The position numbers and the translations under genes are program-made. The notes under the pieces are model-generated. The model saw nothing but the letters and a program-made list of their open reading frames with translations. It was not told the origin of the DNA and made no database searches. A DNA stretch of 61,575 nucleotides from Acidobacteriota bacterium (GTDB lineage Bacteria > Acidobacteriota > Terriglobia > Versatilivoradales > Versatilivoraceae), in assembly GCA_022821775.1 (NCBI GenBank), contig JAJECY010000223.1, forward strand, positions 1 to 61,575, in the 5' to 3' direction. This document shows, piece after piece, positions 9,103 to 18,138 of this stretch (position 1 is the stretch's first letter; the number at the start of each line of letters is the position of its first letter).

Positions 9103-9855
9103 TTACGCGGAAACCCGCGTCGAAGCATCGTCCCGGGGAGCATAGCCCAGTTCGGCGCGGGCATTGGAAAGGTCCCAGAAGGCCCCCTTGTTGTTGGAGA
9201 TTGCGTAGTAAACCCCGTAGGTCACATTGGCGTGGAGGCAGCGCTCCACCAGGTGGACCAGGTCGCGGTGGCTCAGCCAGGTTCGCAGGAACCTCGGATC
9301 GGTGGTGGGATCGTCGTCCCGGCGTACCGAGCCGATTCTGAGGCAGATCGATTCCATTCCCCAGCGGGCGCAGTAGTAGCGGGCCAGTATCTCGCCGAAG
9401 GCCTTGCTGACGCCATAGTCGCTGTCCGGCCGCACGGGGTGGTTTACCGAGATGGGGACCGGTTCCGCCTGCCGGTGGAGATGCAGGTGGGGCGCGAAGC
9501 CCTCGTAGGCGCCGGTCACGTGGTTCGAGCTGGCAAAGACCACCCGCTTCACCCCCGACAGCCGGGCTGCCTCGTAGAGGTTGCGGGTTCCCTGGATGTT
9601 GACCCGGAGAACCGGCTCCCAGGCGGTATCGACGGCGATCCGGGCCGCCAGGTGGACGACGCTCCGGACGGGCGCCAGCCTGTCGAGAACCTGAGACACC
9701 TGCCGGGCGTCGGCGATATCGGCCTGGAAGACCCGATCGGAAAACGGCGGCGTGAGATCCAGTCCGTAGACCTCGAAGGATTTTGCCAGGGGATCCCGGA
9801 TGACCCTTCCGATAAGGCCGTTGATGCCGGTGATGAGCAGTCTGGGTTTGGGCAT
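9103..9855 (-). CDS. NAD-dependent epimerase/dehydratase (extended SDR)
   Basis: 250-aa ORF. N-terminal LITGINGLIGRVI (TGxxGxxG-like) and catalytic YGVSKAFGE (YxxxK). Confidence 0.8.
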   Translation of the reverse strand: MPKPRLLITGINGLIGRVIRDPLAKSFEVYGLDLTPPFSDRVFQADIADARQVSQVLDRLAPVRSVVHLAARIAVDTAWEPVLRVNIQGTRNLYEAARLSGVKRVVFASSNHVTGAYEGFAPHLHLHRQAEPVPISVNHPVRPDSDYGVSKAFGEILARYYCARWGMESICLRIGSVRRDDDPTTDPRFLRTWLSHRDLVHLVERCLHANVTYGVYYAISNNKGAFWDLSNARAELGYAPRDDASTRVSA

Positions 9856-9955
9856 GGCGAAACGGGTGGATTATAGCAGGCCGTGACGGGTGGCGTCGCC
9901 AATCCGACGCTCAATGTGGGCCGCAACTGGTCGGCGCTTAGGAAGCAATGTTTTA

Positions 9956-10000
9956 TTGGACATCGATGCACAGGATGCACAGGATTAACCGGACGAGAGG
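9956..10000 (-). repeat. Partial family-I cassette core ((CACAGGATG)2 module), inverted relative to the full copies
   Basis: TTGGACATCGATGCACAGGATGCACAGGATTAACCGGACGAGAGG is nearly identical, by eye, to the reverse complement of 42898-42942. It gives rise to the spurious ORF 9948..10475. Confidence 0.6.
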
Positions 10001-10125
10001 TTCCTGCACCGCCTGCAATCTATACAGTCCCATCCGAAAAAATTGTAATAAATCCCCGTTTCGATTGTTTATAGGGGTAGGGGAAGACTCCTTTCCAACC
10101 CGGACCACCAACCGAGGGGGACACG

Positions 10126-10947
10126 ATGGATATCTTCGGAAGAAAATGGACGACGCCGGTGTTTCACCTCGTGTTCGCTGCATTCGGTTTGATGGGCTGG
10201 ATCTTCGGGGTGTCCCACATCCTGTCCTGGAAGGGCTCGGAAGGCAGCCAACCGAGACCCATGGCAACGGTCGAGGACTTGAACCTGGCCATCGTTTCAG
10301 GCAGCAACGACCAACTGAAGGCGATTCTCGACTCCGGCATCGATCCCGATGCGGCGGACGTTTTCGGGAACACGCCACTGAAGTCAATCATCGAGCAATC
10401 CGGCGGAGTCCCGGCCTCCCAAGGGCAAGTGGAAACCTTGCTGGCTGCCGGGGCGGATCCCAACCTGCCGGATGAATACGGAGACACGCCTCTTCATGTG
10501 GCTGCCTACCAGGCCCCTGCAGCCCTCATGGGTGTACTGCTCGAGGCAGGGGGCAACCCGAACCTCCCGAACGATGTCGGGGTGACGGCCTACGAGACGG
10601 CCTTGAAGCACGGCAACCATGGAGCCGTTGCGGCCATCGAGCAGGCGTCAGCGTTCCGGCATCCCGACCGGGAAAGGCTGCGGGTGTGGGGAGCCTTTTA
10701 CCTGAAACTCCAGGCCTTTCTGGAAAAGGGGCTGCCCGCGGGTCCGAAGCGGGATGAGGGCTTGAGGGAAGTCAACACCTTCCTGGTCGAGAAGGGGCTG
10801 CTGGCGGCAGAGGACAAGGCTCGATTCGATGCCGAAACCATTGCCACCGTCAACTATTGCTGCGGCCTGACGGGGGACTGGGGAACGGAAGCGACGTCCG
10901 GTTGGTCGGGATCCGCCAAGGCTTCCGGCAGGCCCGGCGAGCCGTGA
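10126..10947 (+). CDS. Ankyrin-repeat protein with an N-terminal transmembrane helix
   Basis: 273-aa ORF with GAGGGGGA SD before ATG 10126. Hydrophobic PVFHLVFAAFGLMGWIFGV. ANK consensus blocks GNTPLKSIIEQ.., GDTPLHVAAYQAPAALMGVLLEAGGNPNL and VTAYETALKHGNHGAVAAI. Confidence 0.8.
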   Translation: MDIFGRKWTTPVFHLVFAAFGLMGWIFGVSHILSWKGSEGSQPRPMATVEDLNLAIVSGSNDQLKAILDSGIDPDAADVFGNTPLKSIIEQSGGVPASQGQVETLLAAGADPNLPDEYGDTPLHVAAYQAPAALMGVLLEAGGNPNLPNDVGVTAYETALKHGNHGAVAAIEQASAFRHPDRERLRVWGAFYLKLQAFLEKGLPAGPKRDEGLREVNTFLVEKGLLAAEDKARFDAETIATVNYCCGLTGDWGTEATSGWSGSAKASGRPGEP

Positions 10948-11000
10948 TGTGGCACGATCTCCCACTCGACTTGTCAATCCTGCCCGTTCACGCGCCCGGT

Positions 11001-11141
11001 TCAGGAATTGATGGATCTCCTCTTCTGCGCCCTCCCCAATTCCGATAGAGCGTATCCATGTAAACTCTCCTTCCGAAGGTAACTTGTCAATGGGCATTGA
11101 AAATGCATCGCGTCGTTTTCTTGAATAACGGCTATAGTCAT
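11001..11141 (-). CDS. Candidate 46-aa ORF in an AT-richer spacer (hypothetical)
   Basis: ATG 11141 is preceded by GGAGG (11154-11150) at 8-nt spacing. Product MTIAVIQENDAMHFQCPLTSYLRKESLHGYALSELGRAQKRRSINS has no recognisable motif, and composition is atypical for this genome. Confidence 0.2.
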   Translation of the reverse strand: MTIAVIQENDAMHFQCPLTSYLRKESLHGYALSELGRAQKRRSINS

Positions 11142-11176
11142 ATCGAGAGCCTCCAACAGAAATGAGATAATTCCAC

Positions 11177-11701
11177 ATGTGGATCCACGCCTTTGTATGC
11201 CTCCTGCCAATCTTTGCCGGTCCTCTGCCCTCACTCCAAGACTCCACCCCTCGATACATCTTCGGGAAAGCCGAAGCCGTCGACGTCGACTTGCTCAAGG
11301 TTGACGGATTCGTGGTGAATTTGCGGGGAGTCAAGGCAGTCACTTACAAGCGGAAACCGGAAGAGCTTGACCCCATTTTCCACCTTCAGATGATGCTCGA
11401 CAGGCAACCGGTGCGGTGTGAGAATTTAGAAAAGCCCAACGACTTCGGGAAACAGCGGTTTCTGGGAACCTGCTACCTGGTAGGCAAAAGGACGGAAGTG
11501 AACCTGAACCGATGGGTAGTGGCCAATGGGTTCGCCAAGTCCTTTGGAACCGACGAATACCGGGAAGACGAAGAGCTTGCCCAAAAGCTGGAGGTGGGCA
11601 TGTGGAAGAATCGATCAGGCCTCAGGCTCATCCGCCGCGGTCACCGCTTTCCTCAATTCGACAAACCTGATAGGGGACGATCTATTGGGGGCGGCTGTTG
11701 A
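11177..11701 (+). CDS. Thermonuclease (SNase)-like protein, probably secreted
   Basis: 174-aa ORF with a hydrophobic N-terminus HAFVCLLPIFAG. FGKQRFLGTCYLVGKRTEVNLNRWVVANGFAKSF..YREDEELAQKLEVGMWKN resembles the SNase pattern (D.yGR.la.v...g.dvn..lv..G.A...y....E..A...k.G.W). GC is lower than in the flanks. Start is uncertain. Confidence 0.5.
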   Translation: MWIHAFVCLLPIFAGPLPSLQDSTPRYIFGKAEAVDVDLLKVDGFVVNLRGVKAVTYKRKPEELDPIFHLQMMLDRQPVRCENLEKPNDFGKQRFLGTCYLVGKRTEVNLNRWVVANGFAKSFGTDEYREDEELAQKLEVGMWKNRSGLRLIRRGHRFPQFDKPDRGRSIGGGC

Positions 11702-11773
11702 GAGGTCAGGGCGAATCAACCGACCGGTCCGCCCCTCGACACCCGCCGGCCAGGTAGCCGGCCCAGCGCTGAA

Positions 11774-11810
11774 CCTGTATATCCTGTGCATCGATGTTGA
11801 TTATTCCTGT
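11774..11810 (+). repeat. Short family-I cassette fragment
   Basis: CCTGTATATCCTGTGCATCGATGTTGATTATTCCTGT matches the ATCCTGTGCATCGATGTTCAATAGG core of copies A and B. Confidence 0.4.
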
Positions 11811-11877
11811 AAATCACGGGACACCGCGGTTGCCCCCCTCCGGCTCGTCTGCGGGCTTGGCCCTTGCACGTGCACTC

Positions 11878-11948
11878 TTGCCCACCGCGAACGCAACTCG
11901 GCTATAATTCGGGGGTGCCTTCAGGGGGCTCCTGCCCCCGGCGTTTTT
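11878..11948 (+). promoter_or_regulatory. Candidate promoter and terminator-like leader hairpin upstream of the fumarate hydratase gene
   Basis: TTGCCC (11878-83), 19-nt spacer, TATAAT (11903-08). Then GGGGGC-tcct-GCCCCC (11924-39) followed by ggcgTTTTT (to 11948). An upstream CGGGGG could pair alternatively. AAGGAG at 11969-74 precedes ATG 11980. Confidence 0.3.
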
Positions 11949-11979
11949 CGATTCCAGGACGGGCTTTCAAGGAGCGATC

Positions 11980-13506
11980 ATGTCCTTATTTCAGGATAGT
12001 ATTCTGGAACTCATCACCGAGACCTCCACCAATCTCCCTCCGGACGTGAGGCGGGCCATGGCCGACGGCCTGCAGGCCGAGACGCCCGCCACCCAGGCTT
12101 CCCAGGCCCTCAACGTCATCGCCACCAACATCGACATGGCTACCGAGGACGAGGGCCCCATCTGCCAGGACACCGGGATGCCCACCTTCAAGATCAGGAC
12201 CCCGGTGGGCACCAACCAACTGGCGCTGCGGCAGGACCTCCTCCAGGCTATTGCCGAGGCCACCCGGAGGGGCAAGCTCCGCCCCAACTCGGTGGACTCG
12301 CTGACGGGCGCCAACAGCGGCGACAACCTGGGCGCCGGCACCCCCATCGTCCAATTCGAGCAGTGGGAAAACGAGGAGGAGATCGAGATCAAGCTGATCC
12401 TCAAGGGAGGCGGCTGCGAGAACAAGAACATCCAGTACTCCGTCCCCTGCGAACTGCCCCACCTGGGCCGAGCCGACCGGACCCTGGACGGGGTTCGCAA
12501 GTGCATCCTGCACGCCGTCTGGCAGGCCCAGGGGCAGGGGTGCAGCGCGGGAGCCATAGGCGTCTGCATCGGAGGCGACCGCACCTCCGGATACACCCAC
12601 GCCAAGGAACAGCTCTTCCGGACCCTGGACGACACCAATCCCAACCCTCAACTGGCCGCGCTGGAGGACTACGTCATGAAGGCCGGCAACACCCTGGGCA
12701 TCGGCACCATGGGCTTCGGGGGGCAGGTGACGCTCATCGGCTGCAAAGTGGGCGTCCTGAATCGCCTGCCGGCCTGCTTCTTCGTTTCGGTAGCCTATGA
12801 CTGCTGGGCCTTCCGGCGGCTGGGCGTCATCCTGGATGCCGGGACCGGGGCTCTGAAGCGCTGGCTCTACCGGGAAGACAAGCCGGCGGCTCCCATGGCG
12901 GCCGGCGAAGGGTTCCCGCGCACGGGCAGGGAAGTCCGGCTGCAGGCCCCCATCTCCGACGAAAAAGTGCGCGGGCTCAAGATGGGCGACGTGGTCCTGA
13001 TCAACGGCGAGATCTACACCGGCCGGGATGCCGTCCACGCCTACCTGATGAAGAACGATGCCCCGGTGAAGCTGCAGGGCAGCGTGCTATACCACTGCGG
13101 CCCGGTGGTCCTGAAAGACAACGGCCATTACCGGATCACGGCGGCCGGACCCACCACCAGCATTCGCGAGGAACCGTATCAGGCCGATATCATCGAGCGC
13201 TTCGGCATTCGGGCCGTGATGGGCAAAGGAGGCATGGGGTCCAGGACCCTGGCGGGGCTGAAGGCATCGGGCGCCGTCTACCTGAACGCCATCGGCGGGG
13301 CAGCCCAGTACTACTCGCGCTGCATCGAGGAGGTGAAGGGCGTCCACCTGCTGGAATTCGGCATTCCGGAGGCCATGTGGCATCTGCGGGTCAAGGACCT
13401 GCCCGCCATCGTCACCATGGACTCCCACGGCAATTCTCTGCACGCCGACGTGCACAACGCATCCTCCATTCTGCTGTCCAAGCTGGCCGAGCCTGTCTTT
13501 ACCTGA
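11980..13506 (+). CDS. Class I (Fe-S) fumarate hydratase, fused alpha and beta domains
   Basis: 508-aa ORF. Fe-S hydro-lyase blocks GPICQDTGMPTF, LKGGGCENKN, GAIGVCIGGD and C-terminal GEIYTGRDAVHAYL..GPTTSIREEPY..GKGGM. AAGGAG lies 5 nt before the ATG. Confidence 0.9.
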   Translation: MSLFQDSILELITETSTNLPPDVRRAMADGLQAETPATQASQALNVIATNIDMATEDEGPICQDTGMPTFKIRTPVGTNQLALRQDLLQAIAEATRRGKLRPNSVDSLTGANSGDNLGAGTPIVQFEQWENEEEIEIKLILKGGGCENKNIQYSVPCELPHLGRADRTLDGVRKCILHAVWQAQGQGCSAGAIGVCIGGDRTSGYTHAKEQLFRTLDDTNPNPQLAALEDYVMKAGNTLGIGTMGFGGQVTLIGCKVGVLNRLPACFFVSVAYDCWAFRRLGVILDAGTGALKRWLYREDKPAAPMAAGEGFPRTGREVRLQAPISDEKVRGLKMGDVVLINGEIYTGRDAVHAYLMKNDAPVKLQGSVLYHCGPVVLKDNGHYRITAAGPTTSIREEPYQADIIERFGIRAVMGKGGMGSRTLAGLKASGAVYLNAIGGAAQYYSRCIEEVKGVHLLEFGIPEAMWHLRVKDLPAIVTMDSHGNSLHADVHNASSILLSKLAEPVFT

Positions 13507-13560
13507 AGCCCCTCGGCTAGGGCAGCGGCCGGCTCGAGGAAGGGCATTCCGGTCGAATTC

Positions 13561-13589
13561 TTGCAAGCCGGTAGCGGACCGACTATATT
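13561..13589 (+). promoter_or_regulatory. Candidate sigma70-type promoter for tRNA-Gly
   Basis: TTGCAA (13561-66), 17-nt spacer, TATATT (13584-89), about 37 nt upstream of the mature tRNA 5' end. Confidence 0.4.
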
Positions 13590-13626
13590 GAGGGCTGTCC
13601 CATCGCCTCCTGGTGGGAATGAGCGA

Positions 13627-13701
<75 letters not shown>

Positions 13702-13879
13702 TCTTTCCCTTTTCAGCAAGCCCATTAGCACACAAGACCACTGCTCGGCGACCAAGCGTCCACTCCCCCAGCCAAATCCAATCACTCCTTCGTTGAGGGG
13801 AGCTGGCGGTGCAGCCTGCCGTCGAGCCGGTGGAGGCATTCCCTGCCTCGGGAGTTACCGACAAGCCGGGCCCCCGCCC

Positions 13880-14022
13880 CCCCACGACGGGGCGGATCAT
13901 TCGAGGGTGAAACCGCGGACATTGATGGCGAATCGGGGGCAGCGACAGGTTCCGGTTCCCTCGGCATCTTGCTTCGTGTGTCTTCGTGGTCCTTCGTGCC
14001 CCTTCGTGGATAACTTTGTTTG
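13880..14022 (-). repeat. Truncated family-I cassette (terminal hairpin module plus (CTTCGTG)n arm and GTGGATAAC end; core deleted)
   Basis: CCCCACGACGGGGCGGATCATTCGAG (13880-13905) and CTTCGTGTGTCTTCGTGGTCCTTCGTGCCCCTTCGTGGATAACTTTGTTTG (~13972-14022) match the two ends of copies A/B/C in inverted orientation. Confidence 0.6.
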
Positions 14023-14076
14023 CCCCGTCGCATGCAGCGCGAAACCGGTTTGTTTCAGGGAGAAAAGGCTCTCGCC

Positions 14077-15423
14077 ATGAGTGAAAACCCACCCGCCACC
14101 GGCACCCCTGCCACCCGGCCCACCGGCATCCGGTGGCTGGTCCTGGCCTTGGCCTGCGTCACCAGTTGGCTCCTCTACCTGCACCGGTACTCCTGGGGCG
14201 TCATCAAGCCGGAGGTCAAGTCGGAGTTCGGATTCTCCGACACCCAGTTGGGGTGGCTGGACTCCGCCTTCAATCTGTCCTATGCCCTGTTCCAGGTTCC
14301 AGGCGGCCTGCTGGGGGATTGGCTGGGGCCGGCGATCGTGTTGCCGGTCATCATTTTCGCCTGGTCCGGTTGCGTGGCCGGCACTGCCATGGTGGGACAG
14401 TCCTGGTCCTTTTTCACGGTTCGGACCCTGTTCGGCCTGACCCAGGCCGGGGCCTATTCCAATATTTCCAAGGTGACTCGCAGTTGGTTCCCCTTGTCGG
14501 TGCGCACCACCGCCCAGGGGCTGATCGGATCTTTTTCCGGGCGGGCCGGCGGGGCCAGCGCCGCCCTGGTTGTGGGCACGCTCCTGCTTGGCTGGCTGCA
14601 GATGGAGTGGCGAGCGGCCATGTGGTGGCTGGCTCTGGGGGGGATCTGCTTTGCCGTTGCCTTTCGGCTGCTGTTCACCGACAGCCCCTCCAGTCACCCC
14701 TGGGCCAATTCGGCGGAACAGGCGCTGGTCGATGGAGAAGAGCCGGACCGAACGCCCGCATCCGGCGCCGCTCCGCGTCTGGACCTGAGCAGGTCGGCCC
14801 TGGCCAATCTGGCCATGCTCATGCTTCATGGCGTGGCCAGCGCCGGCGCCGACATGCTCTACGTCTATTGGATCCCCCTCTTCCTGAGTGAGGCCAAGGG
14901 GTTCGACCCCGTTCAGATGGGAATCTTCGCCAGCCTGCCCCTTTGGGGGGGAGCCGCCGGCGGGGCCTTTGCCGGATTGCTCAACGACCGGCTGATCCGT
15001 CTCAAGGGACGCAAGTTCGCCAGGAAAGCCGTGGGGCTGACGGGTAAGGTGCTGGCTTCCATCCTGGTCCTGGTCAGCCTCGACCTGGAGGACGGACGCC
15101 TGATCATGGTTTTGCTGGCGGGGGCCAAGTTTCTGACCGACTGGAGCCAACCCACGGTTTGGGGCACCATTACCGACATTGCCGGTCCGGCCTCGGGCCG
15201 GGTCTTCGGAGCCGTCAACATGGCCGGTTCGGTGGGAGCGTTCGTATCGGGGCCCGTCCTGGGCTGGATCAAGCAGCGCCTGGGCTGGTCGATTCTCTTT
15301 CAAACCATTGCCGGAGCCTACCTGTTCGCGGGACTGTGCTGGCTGGCCATCGATGCCACCCGGAAAGTGTTTACGGTGGGAACCACACTGGGAACCACCC
15401 CTTCCTCCGGACCCAACCCCTAA
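14077..15423 (+). CDS. MFS transporter (anion:cation symporter/hexuronate-type by resemblance)
   Basis: The ORF track starts at TTG 14020. ATG 14077 (MSENPPATG..) precedes the first TM segment. 12-TM-like hydrophobic pattern, plus DTQLGWLDSAFNLSYALFQVPGGLLGDWLGP, typical of ACS-family MFS proteins. Confidence 0.85.
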   Translation: MSENPPATGTPATRPTGIRWLVLALACVTSWLLYLHRYSWGVIKPEVKSEFGFSDTQLGWLDSAFNLSYALFQVPGGLLGDWLGPAIVLPVIIFAWSGCVAGTAMVGQSWSFFTVRTLFGLTQAGAYSNISKVTRSWFPLSVRTTAQGLIGSFSGRAGGASAALVVGTLLLGWLQMEWRAAMWWLALGGICFAVAFRLLFTDSPSSHPWANSAEQALVDGEEPDRTPASGAAPRLDLSRSALANLAMLMLHGVASAGADMLYVYWIPLFLSEAKGFDPVQMGIFASLPLWGGAAGGAFAGLLNDRLIRLKGRKFARKAVGLTGKVLASILVLVSLDLEDGRLIMVLLAGAKFLTDWSQPTVWGTITDIAGPASGRVFGAVNMAGSVGAFVSGPVLGWIKQRLGWSILFQTIAGAYLFAGLCWLAIDATRKVFTVGTTLGTTPSSGPNP

Positions 15424-15433
15424 GGAGTGCCTC

Positions 15434-16486
15434 GTGCGCCTCGTCCACAACATGCGCCCCTCCATGATTTCCCTGTGGCTGCTACTGGCTTGCGGCCCGG
15501 CGCCTGGCCTGGCTGTCGACGTTCTGACGATGGAAAACGGCGACCGCTTGACCGGCCAGGTGAAAAGCCTGGCCGGCCGGAAGGTGTTCCTGAAGACCGC
15601 CTATGCGGGCACCATTCGGATCGACTGGCTGAAACTGGAGGGCTTCAGCAGCGACCGCCGGTTCGAAGTCGAAGTCGACCGCGGGCGCAAGTACCGGGGC
15701 AAGCTGGTTTTGGCTGAGGGAAAGCTCACGGTCGCAACCGCCAAGGAGACGGTATCCGTCGAAAAGGACCGGGTGGTGAGCCTGGCTCCCAAGGCCGAGA
15801 AGGAAGGAGGCAGCCTGTGGAAGGAGGTGGAGGGGACCCTCGACCTGGGCTACAACCTGACCCGCGGCCATTCCCGTCTCCACCAATCATCGTTGTTGGC
15901 GAAGGCCGAGTACGATCAAGGCCATTACAAGATCTCGGGCGACCTCTCGTCGATCCTCAGCCGACACGAGGATACCGACCCCACCAGCCGTCAGACTGCC
16001 AGGATCCGCCTCGACCGATTCGTCAGTCCTCATCTCTTCTTTTTTTCCCTCGGCAACTTCGAGCGCAATGACCGGCAGAGGCTCAACTACCGCACCCTCC
16101 TGGGAAGCGGTCTTGGTTGGACCTTGATCAAGAACAAAAGGGCGGAACTGTCCCTGATAGGCGGCCTCACTCTTACCGGGGAAAGATTTCGCGTGGACGA
16201 AGGGGTGGCCGCTCCACCGAACATTCGTAGCGGGGAGGGTTTGGCGGGAATCGAATGGAAAGTGGATCTGTTTGACTGGATTGATTTTTCCAGCAAGCTG
16301 ACGACCCATCCTAACCTGAGCGATGCAGAAGACTACCGCCTTGAATACGACGGCACCATGCGGATGCCACTCTCGAAGAATCTTAGCTGGAGCCTCAGTT
16401 TCTACGATCGATATGCCCACCGACCCCCGGTGAGGGTGCGACGGAACGACTTTGGGCTGGTCAGTGCCTTCGGTATCCATTTTTAG
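15434..16486 (+). CDS. DUF481-like outer-membrane beta-barrel protein
   Basis: AAGGAG (15422-27) lies 6 nt before GTG 15434; ATG 15452 is an alternative. Signal peptide ISLWLLLACGPAPGLA. The N-terminal block DVLTMENGDRLTGQVKSL..IRIDW and alternating beta-strand pattern ending ..LVSAFGIHF are typical of DUF481/YdiY-like proteins. Confidence 0.7.
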   Translation: MRLVHNMRPSMISLWLLLACGPAPGLAVDVLTMENGDRLTGQVKSLAGRKVFLKTAYAGTIRIDWLKLEGFSSDRRFEVEVDRGRKYRGKLVLAEGKLTVATAKETVSVEKDRVVSLAPKAEKEGGSLWKEVEGTLDLGYNLTRGHSRLHQSSLLAKAEYDQGHYKISGDLSSILSRHEDTDPTSRQTARIRLDRFVSPHLFFFSLGNFERNDRQRLNYRTLLGSGLGWTLIKNKRAELSLIGGLTLTGERFRVDEGVAAPPNIRSGEGLAGIEWKVDLFDWIDFSSKLTTHPNLSDAEDYRLEYDGTMRMPLSKNLSWSLSFYDRYAHRPPVRVRRNDFGLVSAFGIHF

Positions 16487-16647
16487 GCGGCCACCACAGC
16501 GACCGAGCCGGTGAATTGCGGCATGGTATGCTTGCCATTCTTTTCGAGGGAGCAGACCGCCAAGACCGGGTGCTCCGCCTCGATGCGGGCTGGATACGGC
16601 CTGGCGCCGCTGGCTGAGATCCGGGTGTCGGCCGGCAGAGGGAAAAT

Positions 16648-18138
16648 ATGGAGGCTGTCGAATTCAGCCGGTTGAACCTGCTGGTGCTGGTGGTCTACCT
16701 GACGGCCCTGGTCTGGATCGGCCTCAGACTGGCGGGGAAGCAACGGAGCACCGAGGATTTCTTCCTGGGAGGACGCCGCATGCCCTGGCTCGCGGTCGGA
16801 GTCAGCATGTTCGCCTCCCTCACCAGCGCCTCCTCCTTCCTGGGAGTCCCCGGCGTCGCCTTTCGCGAAAACATCTCGATGGTGGTGCTCGGCCTGGTTA
16901 GCCCGCTGGTGGCCCCTCTGCTGATCCTGATCTTCTACCCCTTCTATCGCCAGTTGCAGGTCACCACCGCTTACGAGTACGTGGACCTGCGCTATGGCCG
17001 GGGGGCGCGCCTGTGCGTGGCCGGACTGTTCTGCCTGGCCCGCATGGGCTGGTTGGGAGTGGTCATCTACTCTCCGGCCCTGGCCCTCTCGGTCATGACC
17101 GGCATCGGCCTCTATCCCGCCATCTTCCTGATGGGGATCATCGCCACGGCTTACGCCACGGCTGGGGGACTGTCGGCAGTGATCTGGACCGACGTGCTCC
17201 AGTTTTGCTTGCTGGCGGGCGGGGCGCTGTGGGTGGCCCTGGCTCTGATAGAAGGCGTGCCGGGCGGGGTGGGGCAAATCATGTCCGTGGCCGGCGAGAC
17301 GGCCCGCCTGGACGTCTGGCAGTGGCAGTTGAACTGGTTCGAGATGACGGCCCTGGGCGCGGCCCTCTCCTACCTGTTTCAGTTGATGCAGGACTACGGC
17401 ACCGACCAGGTTTCGGTGCAGCGCCTCCTGTCGGTTCGGGACGCCCGCGGCATGGCCAAGGCGGCCATCCTGAACTCCCTGATCGACCTGGTGCTGATGA
17501 ACGTGCTGCTGTTCGTGGGGTTGGGCCTGTTCGCCTACTTTCAGGCCTTCCCGGAGCGGCTGGCCGCGGGGGTGACGGGAGACCGGATTCTGGCCTACTT
17601 CATGATCCACGCCCTGCCCGACGGCGTCTCCGGGCTGTTGATCACGGCCATCCTGGCGGCGGCCATGTCCAGCCTGGATTCGGGAATCAACTCCCTCTCC
17701 TCGGTGATCATGAACGACTTCATCAAGCCCTTCCGGCGCCGGGCGGTCTCCAGCCGCTCCGAGGTCAAGCTGGCGCGGACCCTGACCCTGGTGCTGGGCG
17801 TCTTCGCCATCGGCGCCGCCTGCTATACGGTGCGGATCGGCGAGATTCTCAAGGCCGCCTCGGCCTTTCTGAGTCTTTTCGGGGGCCCGGTGCTATCGCT
17901 GTTCCTGCTGGGGATGCTGACCCGGCGGGCCCATTTCCGGGGATGGGTTCTGGGAACGCTGCCTTCCCTGGGAGTCTCGATCTGGCTGCAGAACTGGACC
18001 GAGGTGCACTTCATCCACTATTTCCCCATTGCCTTCGGCATCAGCTTCGGCCTCGGCTACCTGGCCAGCCACCTCACCCGCGGTCCTCAGGCAAGGCCGG
18101 AACTTACTCTTTGGGGACGGCCTCCGATGAAGCTGTGA
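16648..18138 (+). CDS. Sodium:solute symporter (SSS) family transporter
   Basis: 496-aa ORF starting ..EDFFLGGRRMPWLAVGVSMFASLTSASSFLGVPG, the typical SSS N-terminal signature, with ~13 hydrophobic segments. Confidence 0.9.
   Translation: MEAVEFSRLNLLVLVVYLTALVWIGLRLAGKQRSTEDFFLGGRRMPWLAVGVSMFASLTSASSFLGVPGVAFRENISMVVLGLVSPLVAPLLILIFYPFYRQLQVTTAYEYVDLRYGRGARLCVAGLFCLARMGWLGVVIYSPALALSVMTGIGLYPAIFLMGIIATAYATAGGLSAVIWTDVLQFCLLAGGALWVALALIEGVPGGVGQIMSVAGETARLDVWQWQLNWFEMTALGAALSYLFQLMQDYGTDQVSVQRLLSVRDARGMAKAAILNSLIDLVLMNVLLFVGLGLFAYFQAFPERLAAGVTGDRILAYFMIHALPDGVSGLLITAILAAAMSSLDSGINSLSSVIMNDFIKPFRRRAVSSRSEVKLARTLTLVLGVFAIGAACYTVRIGEILKAASAFLSLFGGPVLSLFLLGMLTRRAHFRGWVLGTLPSLGVSIWLQNWTEVHFIHYFPIAFGISFGLGYLASHLTRGPQARPELTLWGRPPMKL

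Noticed and set aside
10648-11343. A 231-aa minus-strand ORF spanning the ankyrin 3' end, the spacer and the nuclease 5' end.
   Set aside because: It overlaps two better-supported genes on the other strand. It has no motif and no SD, and its composition changes abruptly along its length.
13702-13880. A possible genomic island or prophage remnant integrated at tRNA-Gly.
   Set aside because: I saw no integrase, no phage-like genes and no direct repeat of the tRNA 3' end in the window. The downstream genes (MFS, DUF481, SSS) look like ordinary chromosomal cargo.
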